DNA of 64,000 nucleotides from Minisyncoccota bacterium. GTDB lineage: Bacteria > Patescibacteriota > Minisyncoccia > Phycocordibacterales > JABMNX01. Where the stretch lies: positions 140,609-204,608 of the forward strand of contig OZ244961.1 of assembly GCA_965222715.1 (NCBI GenBank). The letters are read 5' to 3'. Made by a program: the position numbers and the translations under genes. Positions 39,336 through 48,969 of the stretch are shown here, one piece after another (within the stretch, counting starts at the first letter, position 1; each line of letters starts with the position of its first letter). Below the pieces are notes generated by a model. That model saw nothing but the letters and a program-made list of their open reading frames with translations, was not told where the DNA came from and did no database searches.

Positions 39336-40475
39336 TTATTTTTCTTCCTTCGGTACTTCTTTGTAGGCAAGTGTCATACGTTGCTCTTTTGGCTCAAAGA
39401 GTGTGATAGTAAATTCGTACGTCTTCCCAAGTTCAAGTGTTTTGTGCAATTCTTCTTCTGACTCAAACTCTGAGATGTGTACCAATCCAGCAACACCTTC
39501 TTCAATTGAAGCGAGGGCACCATGTTTGTTGTACTTAATGATCACACCACTTACCTTGCTGCCTTTAGCATACTTCTCAGCTGCTTCGTTCCATGGATTT
39601 TCTTTAAGCGCCTTAATTGAGAGTGAGATCTTGCCGTTTTGAATATCAATCACCTTTACTTTTACTTTCTCACCAACTTGGTACACCGTTCGTGGGTCTT
39701 CAACCAGCGCCCAATCAATTTCTGATATGTGCACCAATCCTTCAAGTCCTTCTCGAAGTTTTACAAAGACACCAAAATCAACCGCACCAGTCACTTCACC
39801 TTCAAGTACGTCACCGATTGTGTAATCCTCAACATCGGCATCAGTTGCTTCTTCTGGAGATTTTTCAGAGAAAATCATTTTGTTCTCTTTCGGGTCAGCA
39901 GTAATCACTGATACTGAAAGTTTTGTACCAATGAGTTTACGAAGCTCTTCAAGGATACGGTCCTTGTCTCCATCTTCTACACGAGGGTAGTTTTCAGATT
40001 TAAGTTGAGACGCAGGAAGGAATCCTTGGATACCTTGCCACTCAAGAATAAGTCCTCCTTTGTTTGCATCTTTAACAGGAAGTTCAAGAATGGTTTTATT
40101 CGCTATTGCCTCTTCTGCTTCTGCCCAAATAAGTGCTTGTCGTGCTTCTTTAAGTGAGAGTTCAATGTAGCCACCCTCTCCTTCAGTGTCGACAACTTTT
40201 GCAGCAATACTATCGCCAACATTTGTTTTACGCAAAATGTCGCGTGCGTTCATAAACTCACGACCATAGATAATACCAGTGCCAAATGGTGGTAAGTCGA
40301 TAAAGATATGTGAACGATCAATGGCAATAACTGGTCCCTCAACCAAATCACCCACTTGTGGTGGGTTAGGGGTGAGCTCAGAGAGCTCAGTCATGACCGT
40401 CTTCTTCTTTTTTACATCTGTATCAGATGTTTTTTCATCTACCTTCTCAGATGGTGTAATTGTTGTTTCTGTCAT
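39336..40475 (-). CDS. rpsA: 30S ribosomal protein S1 (four S1 domains)
   Basis: Repeated S1 motifs 'GFLPASQL', 'FGVFV....EGLVHISE'. Confidence 0.93.
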   Translation of the reverse strand: MTETTITPSEKVDEKTSDTDVKKKKTVMTELSELTPNPPQVGDLVEGPVIAIDRSHIFIDLPPFGTGIIYGREFMNARDILRKTNVGDSIAAKVVDTEGEGGYIELSLKEARQALIWAEAEEAIANKTILELPVKDANKGGLILEWQGIQGFLPASQLKSENYPRVEDGDKDRILEELRKLIGTKLSVSVITADPKENKMIFSEKSPEEATDADVEDYTIGDVLEGEVTGAVDFGVFVKLREGLEGLVHISEIDWALVEDPRTVYQVGEKVKVKVIDIQNGKISLSIKALKENPWNEAAEKYAKGSKVSGVIIKYNKHGALASIEEGVAGLVHISEFESEEELHKTLELGKTYEFTITLFEPKEQRMTLAYKEVPKEEK

Positions 40476-40710
40476 AAAAATGTGTGAGAGGTGCTGTGCT
40501 ACTGAACAATGTCTCTAGAGCCTTTCTTCGTATCAGTAGGGTTAGCAGCACTTCTCGCTAACAAAAAACCCGCATCTACGGGGTAGCAGTACTATACTTT
40601 GCTGGTGCATAAAAGTCAAAAGTAAAACCGCCCCAAGCACTTCTGCGCTTGGGGCGGGGGTTGAACGGGAACGACGATTTGATCGTCAGAGAGACTTCGG
40701 CACCGGCCGA

Positions 40711-41229
40711 TCAGGATGCGATCGTCAGACCGCTCCAGCCGCCGGACAGCAGGGTCGTCTTCAGCAACAGGCCGGACGTACCGGAAGTGTCGATGAAGTC
40801 GTTGTTGGTGTCGAACGCCGCGACCTCCAGCGCGGAGGGCGGCATCTTGGCCAGGCCGGCGGTCGTGCCGACGTTCAGCTGATCGAAGTCCATGAAGGCG
40901 CTCACCTGGTCGAGATCGTGGATCACGACGTTCGGCGGGTTGCCGATGTCGGCGCCGTCGGAATACAGAAGCCACTGGGTCCGGTCGAAGTCGGACAGAT
41001 CGCCGATGTCGGCCAGCATGGTCTGCTGGCGCGCGGCCGGCGTCGTCGAGTCGTTGGTCGTGACCGAGCAGTCGAACGCCGCGACCTCCACCGCGGTGCC
41101 GTTCAGGCCGATGTCGACGTCGAGCGCATTGCAGTCGTTACTGGCGAGCGCCGCGTTCGGCGGTGCCATGGCGACGAAACCCAAGATGGCGGCTGCCATC
41201 AGCGGGGTCATGAAGAAACGTTTCCTCAT
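40711..41229 (-). CDS. GC-rich secreted hypothetical protein with internal repeats
   Basis: Signal peptide ending ALA-S; EVAAFD twice; own promoter (TTGACA-N16-TACACT), SD GGGAGA and downstream terminator hairpin. Confidence 0.7.
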   Translation of the reverse strand: MRKRFFMTPLMAAAILGFVAMAPPNAALASNDCNALDVDIGLNGTAVEVAAFDCSVTTNDSTTPAARQQTMLADIGDLSDFDRTQWLLYSDGADIGNPPNVVIHDLDQVSAFMDFDQLNVGTTAGLAKMPPSALEVAAFDTNNDFIDTSGTSGLLLKTTLLSGGWSGLTIAS

Positions 41230-41377
41230 TCGCTTTTCTCCCATTCGAGTGTGAAGAACAGTGCCTCACTGTTGAGACCTGCCCAGTGTATCATATAAAG
41301 AAATATTGTCAAGTCCTCACATATGTGGTGTGGAAAACAACTTTATTACTTAAGAATGTGTGTAAAATGAAAGAAAT

Positions 41378-41457
41378 AAACGCCACGAATACCCTTGGTG
41401 TTTCGCTCAAAATGGCTCTATAGAGCTCTGTAAACGCCAAGGGTATTCTTGGCGTTT
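41378..41457. repeat. Two copies of the 26-bp palindrome family
   Basis: 41378-41403 AAACGCCACGAATACCCTTGGTGTTT; 41432-41457 AAACGCCAAGGGTATTCTTGGCGTTT. Confidence 0.8.
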
Positions 41458-41491
41458 AACGCGGCAGCCTTCTCGTGTATACTAATCGGAT

Positions 41492-42124
41492 ATGGTTATC
41501 ACACATCATGGAGGCGAGTGTATAAAAGTTACACAAGGCGATACGACACTTGTCTTTAACCCCATCTCAAAGGAATCAAAACTATCTGGATCAAAATTTG
41601 GTGCAGATATTGCACTTATCTCAACCAACGACCCTGACTTTAATGGTGTTGAGCAGGTTACTCGGGGAGATAAAGCCCCATTTGTTATTCAGGGCCCGGG
41701 AGAGTATGAGGTGCAGAAAATTTTTATCAAAGGGTTTCCATCAGTATCTCACTATGGCGGCAGCGAACGACCTAATACTATCTACATGGTCACGCTTGAG
41801 GGCATGAATCTTTGTTTTCTTGGTGCACTCTCAGAGAAAAAAATTGAACCAAAAGTGCTCGAAGATATTGATAGTGTTGATGTGCTCTTTGTGCCTATTG
41901 GGAACGATGGGGTACTCAATGCAGCAGACGCACACGACGTTGCGGTAAAGCTCGAGGCGCACATGATTATTCCTATCCATTACGATGGTGTTGGTGATAA
42001 AAATGCACTCTCTACATTTTTAAAAGAAGGAGGCGCTGAAAAAGTAAAGCCAGTTGAAAAACTTTCAATTAAGAAAAAAGATGTCGAAGGAGCAACTGGA
42101 GACATTGTCGTATTATCTTCATAG
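41492..42124 (+). CDS. MBL-fold metallo-hydrolase-like protein
   Basis: 'I.GPGEYEV', 'DVLFVPIG', 'IIPIHY'; HxHxDH replaced by TNDPDF. Confidence 0.85.
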   Translation: MVITHHGGECIKVTQGDTTLVFNPISKESKLSGSKFGADIALISTNDPDFNGVEQVTRGDKAPFVIQGPGEYEVQKIFIKGFPSVSHYGGSERPNTIYMVTLEGMNLCFLGALSEKKIEPKVLEDIDSVDVLFVPIGNDGVLNAADAHDVAVKLEAHMIIPIHYDGVGDKNALSTFLKEGGAEKVKPVEKLSIKKKDVEGATGDIVVLSS

Positions 42125-42144
42125 ACGTAGTATAGGTATACGTC

Positions 42145-42693
42145 ATGCCTAAAAAAATTTTTACCACACTTGAGAAGCTAAGACAGCGACCAGTTCGCGA
42201 GCGTCGAGCACTTGCGTTTAGTGCTGCAGCAACAATTACTGGAGTTATTTTTATCATATGGGCAGTTTCTTTTCTTGCAACACTCCACATAGAAGGGGGT
42301 ACACAGGCTACTAACCAAGAAGCACACTCGTTTGGTGTTTTCATGGATTCAATTAGAGAAGCAACAGAAACAGTAGGAAGAGATGTAGAAGCTGTGCGCA
42401 CACAAATACATACACTGACTGAAGAAGCTCAGCAGGCACAAAACAGTACCAGAGAGAACGTACAAGAAGACGCTTTTGTTATTGAAGAGGTGAAAGATAC
42501 AGCACATGAAGTGGGTAGTGTAGAAGGTGATGAAGAAAACAGTGAAGTACTTACAGAAGATTCAGCAGTAGACACTCCTCGCAGTACTACCCATAGTACT
42601 ACTACTACACAAACAGAAGCACAGAGTAAAACAGAAGATAAGGCAGAGGTCACATCTTCAGGACTTGAGATTATACGGGTTGATGACGAATAA
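42145..42693 (+). CDS. Hypothetical membrane-anchored protein
   Basis: Basic N-terminus, one TM helix, acidic/Thr-rich tail. Confidence 0.7.
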   Translation: MPKKIFTTLEKLRQRPVRERRALAFSAAATITGVIFIIWAVSFLATLHIEGGTQATNQEAHSFGVFMDSIREATETVGRDVEAVRTQIHTLTEEAQQAQNSTRENVQEDAFVIEEVKDTAHEVGSVEGDEENSEVLTEDSAVDTPRSTTHSTTTTQTEAQSKTEDKAEVTSSGLEIIRVDDE

Positions 42694-42794
42694 CGTACCT
42701 TTCTAATATGCTCATACAGTCGTGTAACAAGCGCTTAATTATGGTATAATGGGAGGTAACGAGAGCCTTTCGTGGGCACTCTTTCTTTATTACT

Positions 42795-45299
42795 ATGGCG
42801 AAAAAAAATACTGGCAAAAAAGAAACAACTCCTGGAGATGGGGATAAAAATGGGGGTGTGGACGGTACAGACAAGAGCCGTCAGAGCGTCATCCCACAAG
42901 GAGTGAGTGCTGAGATGCGTGAGGCGTATCTTAATTATGCGATGTCAGTGATTACCTCACGTGCGCTTCCCGATGTTCGTGACGGACTCAAGCCGGTGCA
43001 TCGACGCATTCTCTTTACTATGCATCAAATGGGGCTCACGTCTTCTGCTCGTTTTCGTAAATCAGCTGCGGTTGTTGGAGATGTGCTCGGTAAGTTTCAC
43101 CCGCACGGTGACACTGCTGTATATGATGCCTTAGCAAAAATGGCGCAAGACTTTTCAATGCGCTACCCACTTATTATTGGACAAGGTAACTTCGGTTCTG
43201 TTGATGGTGATGCGCCGGCTGCTATGCGGTACACCGAAGCAAAAATGGAGAAACTTGCTGGTGAGATGCTTCGTGATTTAGAGAAAGAAACTGTCGAGTG
43301 GCGAGGCAACTATGACAACACTCGGAAGGAGCCAGAAGTGCTTCCTGCTGGAGCACCAGCACTGCTTTTAAATGGTACCCTCGGTATTGCAGTGGGTATG
43401 GCGACTAATATTCCACCACATAATCTCACTGAAGTATCTGAAGCAACCATACACCTCATTGATAATCCAAAGGCAACCACCGAAGACTTGATGGAGTTTG
43501 TACAAGGACCCGACTTTCCAAGTGGGTGTATTGCGTTTAACGAAAAAGATATTCATCAAGCGTATGCAAGTGGTAAGGGAGGAGTAGTGGTGCGCGGTGT
43601 TGCAACTATTGATGAAGACGCAAAGGGAAGTGCGCAAATTATTATTTCTTCAATTCCATTTCGTGTAAATAAAGCTGACCTTATTACAAAGATTGCTGAT
43701 TTAGTACATGCAAAGAAAATAGAAGGTATTAAAGGACTTCGTGATGAATCAACAACAGAGACGCGGATTGTCATTGATCTTAAGGGAAGTTCACATCCAC
43801 AGACAGTCCTCAATTACCTCTACAAGCACACCCAGCTTGAAGAAACATTTCACTACAACATGGTCGCACTTCTTGATGGTGTGCCACAAACACTGTCATT
43901 AAAGAGTATTCTTGAAGCTTTCATCCTACACCGAAAGGAAGTGGTCACACGACGTACACAGTTTGAACTAAAGAAAGCAGAAGCACGTGAACACATCTTA
44001 CTTGGTCTTAAAAAAGCACTTGATCATATTGATGCGATCATTAAGACGATTAAGAAATCAAAAGATGCGAGCGCCGCGCATGCCGCATTGATGAAAGAAT
44101 TTAAATTCTCAGAACTTCAGGCAACAGCGATCCTTGAAATGAAGCTTCAAAAACTTGCAGGGCTTGAGCGTAAGAAAATTGAAGACGAATTGAAAGCAAT
44201 TCAAGCACTCATTAAAGAACTCACTGAACTTCTAAAAAGTGAAAAGAAGATACTTGGAGTGGTAAAAGATGAACTCAAAGAGTTGGTAAAAAACTTTGGT
44301 GACGAACGTCGTACAAAAATAATGAAAAGTGGTGTGAAGTCACTCTCTGTTGAGGATTTGGTACCTGATGAAGAAAGTATGCTTGTCTTTACCAAGGGCG
44401 GGTATGTAAAGCGCACTAACCCAAGCGAGTACAAGCGACAAAAACGTGGAGGTGTTGGTGTTGTTGATTTAAGTACTAAAGAAGAAGATGTGGTAACACG
44501 GTTCTTAACCACGAGCACGCACAGTGACCTCCTATTCTTTACTGATAAAGGAAAGGTATACCAGATAAAGATGTACGATATTCCTGAAGGGCGTCGAGCA
44601 ACAAAAGGAAAATCTATTATGAACTTCCTTTCAGTTCAACAAGATGAATATGTGACCTCAATTCTTGCCATGCCAAAAGAGGCAAAGAAACATGATTTCT
44701 CACTTATGATGGTGACTAAAAATGGTATTGCTAAAAAGGTCTCTGCCGAAAATTTCCACGACGTACGTCGTAGTGGCCTTATTGCGATTACTCTTAAAGA
44801 TAACGACGAGCTTATTTCAGCGTCATTTGTGGAGAAGGGCGAAGATATTTCTGTTGCTACTAAAAAAGGGCAGTCAATTCGATTTAAGGAGTCTGACATT
44901 CGTGAAATGGGACGAACTGCTGCAGGAGTTCGCGCAATAAAACTTGGTAAAGGTGATGTGGTTATTGGCGCACAGGTGATTCATACCGATTACAAAGAGC
45001 CTGAACTGCTCGTCCTATCAAGCGCAGGGTACGGAAAGAAAACAGCTCTCAGTGAATATAAAGTACAGAAACGTGGTGGCTCTGGTATTAAGACGGTGAA
45101 GATAACCCAGAAGACAGGAGATCTTATTGCTATGGCGGTTGTTGATGGTACTGAGGGCGAGGTTGTTGCAGTATCACAAAAAGGACAAGTTATTCGTATT
45201 GGACTTGATGAGGTGCCGTCACTGTCACGACAAACACAAGGTGTGCGGGTTATGAAACTTCGTGAAGGAGACAATGTTGCTTCAATGGTCTGCCTCTAG
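42795..45299 (+). CDS. gyrA: DNA gyrase subunit A
   Basis: 'RALPDVRDGLKPVHRR', 'HPHGD', 'AAMRYTE', GyrA box 'QKRGGVG'. Confidence 0.98.
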   Translation: MAKKNTGKKETTPGDGDKNGGVDGTDKSRQSVIPQGVSAEMREAYLNYAMSVITSRALPDVRDGLKPVHRRILFTMHQMGLTSSARFRKSAAVVGDVLGKFHPHGDTAVYDALAKMAQDFSMRYPLIIGQGNFGSVDGDAPAAMRYTEAKMEKLAGEMLRDLEKETVEWRGNYDNTRKEPEVLPAGAPALLLNGTLGIAVGMATNIPPHNLTEVSEATIHLIDNPKATTEDLMEFVQGPDFPSGCIAFNEKDIHQAYASGKGGVVVRGVATIDEDAKGSAQIIISSIPFRVNKADLITKIADLVHAKKIEGIKGLRDESTTETRIVIDLKGSSHPQTVLNYLYKHTQLEETFHYNMVALLDGVPQTLSLKSILEAFILHRKEVVTRRTQFELKKAEAREHILLGLKKALDHIDAIIKTIKKSKDASAAHAALMKEFKFSELQATAILEMKLQKLAGLERKKIEDELKAIQALIKELTELLKSEKKILGVVKDELKELVKNFGDERRTKIMKSGVKSLSVEDLVPDEESMLVFTKGGYVKRTNPSEYKRQKRGGVGVVDLSTKEEDVVTRFLTTSTHSDLLFFTDKGKVYQIKMYDIPEGRRATKGKSIMNFLSVQQDEYVTSILAMPKEAKKHDFSLMMVTKNGIAKKVSAENFHDVRRSGLIAITLKDNDELISASFVEKGEDISVATKKGQSIRFKESDIREMGRTAAGVRAIKLGKGDVVIGAQVIHTDYKEPELLVLSSAGYGKKTALSEYKVQKRGGSGIKTVKITQKTGDLIAMAVVDGTEGEVVAVSQKGQVIRIGLDEVPSLSRQTQGVRVMKLREGDNVASMVCL

Positions 45300-45355
45300 T
45301 GTGTTGTTAAGGTATATTTCTTTTATTTACCGACACGCCACCGTATAATCTATAT

Positions 45356-45895
45356 ATGCGTTTTGCTGACCCGAAAGCAAATATTGGTCGGTTTGAATTA
45401 GAACCGGGTAGTGTCGTTGCTGATTTTGGCGCTGGTGGTGGTGAGTATACACTCAAAGCAGCGGAGGTTGTCGGACATAGCGGGGTAGTCTATGCTATTG
45501 ATGTACAACAGGATCTCCTTAAACGGCTCTCTAATAGAGCAAAAGCAGGAGGGCATAAGAATATTGAGGTGGTGTGGGGAGACATTGAAACCTTAGGTGG
45601 CAGTACACTCCCCGCTATGTCAGTTGATGCACTTATTCTCTCAAACACCTTATTTCAGGTTGAAAACAAAGAAGGTCTTTTTAAAGAGATTGACCGAGTG
45701 GTGAAGCGGAATGGAAAAGTCTTAGTCATTGACTGGAAAGACTCGTTTGGTGGGATGGGGCCAGAAGAAGATGCGTTAGTCTTACCACGTGAAGCGAAAG
45801 ACTTATTTCTTAATATTAACATGGTACCGCTTCGTGAAATGGAGGCAGGATCGCATCATTACGGTATACTATTTATACGAAAAGATAGAAGGTAA
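45356..45895 (+). CDS. Class I SAM-dependent methyltransferase
   Basis: 'VADFGAGGG', 'VYAIDVQ', 'GKVLVIDW'. Confidence 0.9.
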   Translation: MRFADPKANIGRFELEPGSVVADFGAGGGEYTLKAAEVVGHSGVVYAIDVQQDLLKRLSNRAKAGGHKNIEVVWGDIETLGGSTLPAMSVDALILSNTLFQVENKEGLFKEIDRVVKRNGKVLVIDWKDSFGGMGPEEDALVLPREAKDLFLNINMVPLREMEAGSHHYGILFIRKDRR

Positions 45896-45898
45896 TAT

Positions 45899-47206
45899 AT
45901 GAAAGGACTGAGTATATTTCAAATTGTTGTTATCGGGGCGTTTGTATTCTTTACTGTTGTTGGGGTACTTATTTTTGCTGGTGTTGGTGGGTTAGGTGGA
46001 GACAGTCGTTCTGTTGGAGAAGTAGAGATTTGGGGAACGTACGACGAGCAAGTGTTGACGAGTTTACTCCGCAGTCGATCATTTGATGATCCACGTTTTG
46101 AAGAGGTGACCTACGTTGAGAAGGACCCTCGTTTTTTTACTGAAGAACTTATTGAAGCTCTCGCCTCAGGTAGTGGACCTGATTTGTTTTTCTTAGAACA
46201 GGACTCAATTCTACGCTTTATAGATAAGGTTCAGCCGATTCCATACGAAACATTTTCTCAAAGAGAATTTAGAGACACGTTTATAGAAGAAGGAGAACTC
46301 TTCTTAACAGAAGCTGGTATTGTCGCTCTTCCATTTATGGTTGACCCAATGGTCTTGTACTGGAACCGTGATCACTACACTCGCGGAGGAGTCGTGCGTC
46401 CTCCACAATTTTGGGATGAGCTACAGACACTTGCCCTCAATAGTTCACTCACACGACGAGGAGAGTCTGGGGCAATTCTTCAAAGTGCATTTGCAATTGG
46501 TGAGTATAGTAATATAAACCATGCAAAAGAACTACTCTCACTTCTTATGCTTCAAGCGGGGACTTCAATTACCGCATATACTGAAAGTGGTGAACTTATA
46601 CCAACACTCTTGGTGCGTCTACAGAATGGTCAAATTCCTTCTGAAAATGCACTTCGTTTCTACACTGACTTTGCGAATCCAACAAAGTCTGTCTATACCT
46701 GGAACCGCGCGCTTGATGAGGCGCAAGAAGAATTTGTAGCGGGGACACTTTCAAACTACATTGGTTTTGCGAGTGAGCTGCCTGATATTAGACGACAGAA
46801 CTCAAATTTGAATTTTGATGTTGCTATGGTGCCTCAGGTGCGCACCGGCACTCGAAGTGTTACGTTCGGCACGGTAACTGGTCTTGCTATCCCACGAGCT
46901 TCAGACAATATAAACGGTGCTGCGCAAATTGCGTTTGCGTTAACGTCAGACGATCTCCTTAGTGAAGTGAGTGACGTAACGGGGCTTCCACCTGTTTCTC
47001 GATCATTACTGAGTGATACACCAAGTGATCCATTTAAAGTTATCTTTAGAGATGCAGCATTACGTGCAGATGCGTGGCTTGAACCGAATAATACTGAAAC
47101 AGAACGCATATTTAAACAAATGATCGAATCGGTTGTTTCAGGTCGTGCACGCGTGAGTCAAGCTGTGGAAGTTGCCCAACAAGAACTCAGAAGTTTGTTA
47201 GAATAA
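45899..47206 (+). CDS. Extracellular solute-binding protein (sugar-ABC family-like), membrane anchored
   Basis: N-terminal TM; 'ALASG.GPDLF', 'LYWN.D', 'PP.FWDE'. Confidence 0.85.
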   Translation: MKGLSIFQIVVIGAFVFFTVVGVLIFAGVGGLGGDSRSVGEVEIWGTYDEQVLTSLLRSRSFDDPRFEEVTYVEKDPRFFTEELIEALASGSGPDLFFLEQDSILRFIDKVQPIPYETFSQREFRDTFIEEGELFLTEAGIVALPFMVDPMVLYWNRDHYTRGGVVRPPQFWDELQTLALNSSLTRRGESGAILQSAFAIGEYSNINHAKELLSLLMLQAGTSITAYTESGELIPTLLVRLQNGQIPSENALRFYTDFANPTKSVYTWNRALDEAQEEFVAGTLSNYIGFASELPDIRRQNSNLNFDVAMVPQVRTGTRSVTFGTVTGLAIPRASDNINGAAQIAFALTSDDLLSEVSDVTGLPPVSRSLLSDTPSDPFKVIFRDAALRADAWLEPNNTETERIFKQMIESVVSGRARVSQAVEVAQQELRSLLE

Positions 47207-47225
47207 GTATATTACGTCACATACT

Positions 47226-47597
47226 ATGTTCACTAAATATCTTTACCTGTTTGTTGCAGTTACCACACTCTTTTTCTTAAGTGATATTCCGCATGCTTTT
47301 GCGCAGTCGGGTGGTTGTGACTCTGGCACTGGGTTACGTAACCCTCTTAATAATATTTGTAGCTTTGAAGATTTTGTTGAACTTCTGCTTGAGGCAGTAG
47401 TGCGCATCGGACTTCCAATTGCAGTGCTCTTTATTGTGTACTCTGGATTTCTCTTTGCAACAGCTCAGGGTAATGAAGAAAAAATCAAAAAAGCAAAACA
47501 AGCGTTTTTCTACACAGTTATTGGTATTACCATCTTCCTTGGGGCATGGGCGCTTGCGGTCATTATTGGAAACACCATACAGCTCCTTGCTGGATAG
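47226..47597 (+). CDS. Pilin-like protein (TrbC/VirB2-like)
   Basis: Signal peptide AFA-Q; 'L.NPL'; two TM helices joined by 'GNEEKI.KAK'. Confidence 0.8.
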   Translation: MFTKYLYLFVAVTTLFFLSDIPHAFAQSGGCDSGTGLRNPLNNICSFEDFVELLLEAVVRIGLPIAVLFIVYSGFLFATAQGNEEKIKKAKQAFFYTVIGITIFLGAWALAVIIGNTIQLLAG

Positions 47598-47601
47598 TAG
47601 T

Positions 47602-47904
47602 ATGAAAAGAACATTTCTTCTTAGCACAACATTGTTTCTCACCCCATTTCTTGCACTTGCTGCCCCAAGTAATTTTCCTGAACTTGTTGGTCTCTTTATT
47701 TTCTATATTAATCTTATTATCCCACTAATAATTGCACTTGCAGTTCTCGGTTTCTTTTGGGGTGTTGCGCAATATATACTTGCATCGAAAGATACCTCAA
47801 AGATACAAGACGCCCGAAAAATGATCCTCTGGAGCCTGATTGCAATCTTTGTTATGACATCAGTGTGGGGAATACTACGGGTGCTTGCTAATACATTTCT
47901 ATAG
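47602..47904 (+). CDS. Pilin-like protein (TrbC/VirB2-like)
   Basis: Signal peptide; 'FFWG', 'ARKMILW', 'FVM.SVWG'. Confidence 0.8.
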   Translation: MKRTFLLSTTLFLTPFLALAAPSNFPELVGLFIFYINLIIPLIIALAVLGFFWGVAQYILASKDTSKIQDARKMILWSLIAIFVMTSVWGILRVLANTFL

Positions 47905-48020
47905 ACTACTAGTGTATATGTAATCCACAGCAGTTCATTGCCTAGCATCTTATAACCCAGCTATGATACTATAAAGTGTACAGGTTATTTATTAGCACTT
48001 AATAATACGTAATTATTACA

Positions 48021-48371
48021 ATGAAAAAGTTTTTAATACTTCCAGGATTCCTTGCAGGTCTTCTTGTTGCTCCACTTGCAGTACAGGCACAAGGTGATCT
48101 CCAGGGTGTCATCACTGTCTTTTCAGACCTTATCAACCTCGCTATTCCTCTAGTGCTTGCACTTGCAGTACTCTACTTCTTCTGGGGACTCGCAATGTTT
48201 GTGCTTGCTCAAGGAAATGAAGACAAGCGTAAGGAAGGACGAGATATCATGATTTACGGTATCATTGCTCTCTTTGTGATGGTGTCCGTCTGGGGTCTTA
48301 TCGGAATCTTACAAGATACATTTGGTGTAGATAACACTAACCCAATTGTCCCTGAAGAGATTCGAAGGTAG
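48021..48371 (+). CDS. Pilin-like protein (TrbC/VirB2-like)
   Basis: Signal peptide; 'YFFWG', 'KRKEGR..MIYGII.LFVM.SVWG'. Confidence 0.82.
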   Translation: MKKFLILPGFLAGLLVAPLAVQAQGDLQGVITVFSDLINLAIPLVLALAVLYFFWGLAMFVLAQGNEDKRKEGRDIMIYGIIALFVMVSVWGLIGILQDTFGVDNTNPIVPEEIRR

Positions 48372-48405
48372 GGTGTCTCTCAAGGTTCTCTAACGTATTT
48401 TCTTT

Positions 48406-48648
48406 ATGTCAGTTGATGACTTAGTGAGTCGCATCTCACAGTACATTATCGATCCAATCATTCTGCTCTTGTTCGCGCTTGGGTTGTTGTACTTCCTCTG
48501 GGGTGTTGCCATATTTATATGGCAGTCTGATAGTGAAGATGCTCGGAAGAAGGGTGTACAACATATGCTTTGGGGAATCATTGGAATGTTTATTATGATT
48601 GCCGCACTCGGTATCATAAATCTCATTGAAGGAACCTTTGGTTTGTAA
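48406..48648 (+). CDS. Pilin-like protein (TrbC/VirB2-like, short)
   Basis: 'YFLWG', 'RKKG.QHMLWGIIG.FIM'. Confidence 0.78.
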   Translation: MSVDDLVSRISQYIIDPIILLLFALGLLYFLWGVAIFIWQSDSEDARKKGVQHMLWGIIGMFIMIAALGIINLIEGTFGL

Positions 48649-48670
48649 GTATAGACTTAGCTAAAATAAA

Positions 48671-48696
48671 AAACGCCAAAGCTGCTCTTGGCGTTT
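48671..48696. repeat. 26-bp palindrome family copy, probable terminator of the pilin cluster
   Basis: AAACGCCAAAGCTGCTCTTGGCGTTT. Confidence 0.78.
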
Positions 48697-48759
48697 TTTA
48701 TTTTAATTGAAAAAAAGAAGTAAAGCGTGTATTATTTTTCTTTGTATTGATTACTCAGA

Positions 48760-48832
48760 CCGCCTATAGCTCAGTTGGTAGAGCAACCGCCTCTTAAGCG
48801 GTGGGTCCTAGGTTCGAGTCCTAGTGGGCGGA
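48760..48832 (+). tRNA. tRNA-Lys(CTT)
   Basis: Acceptor CCGCCTA/TGGGCGG; anticodon arm ACCGC-CTCTTAA-GCGGT. Confidence 0.95.
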
Positions 48833-48859
48833 CTGAGTAATCAATAAGAACATACACAA

Positions 48860-48941
48860 GCGCGGGTGGTGAAATTGGTAGACACGCTTGCCTTAGGAGC
48901 AAGTGCCTTCGGGCATGGAGGTTCGAGTCCTCTCCCGCGCA
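48860..48941 (+). tRNA. tRNA-Leu(TAG)
   Basis: Long variable arm; anticodon arm CTTGC-CTTAGGA-GCAAG. Confidence 0.96.
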
Positions 48942-48969
48942 CAAAAAAGAATTTAAAACCAATTTGAAT

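Noticed and set aside
40484-40558. Hairpin as SRP (4.5S) RNA
   Set aside because: Lacks the conserved domain IV CAGG/GGAA/AGCA motif; position fits an rpsA leader better.
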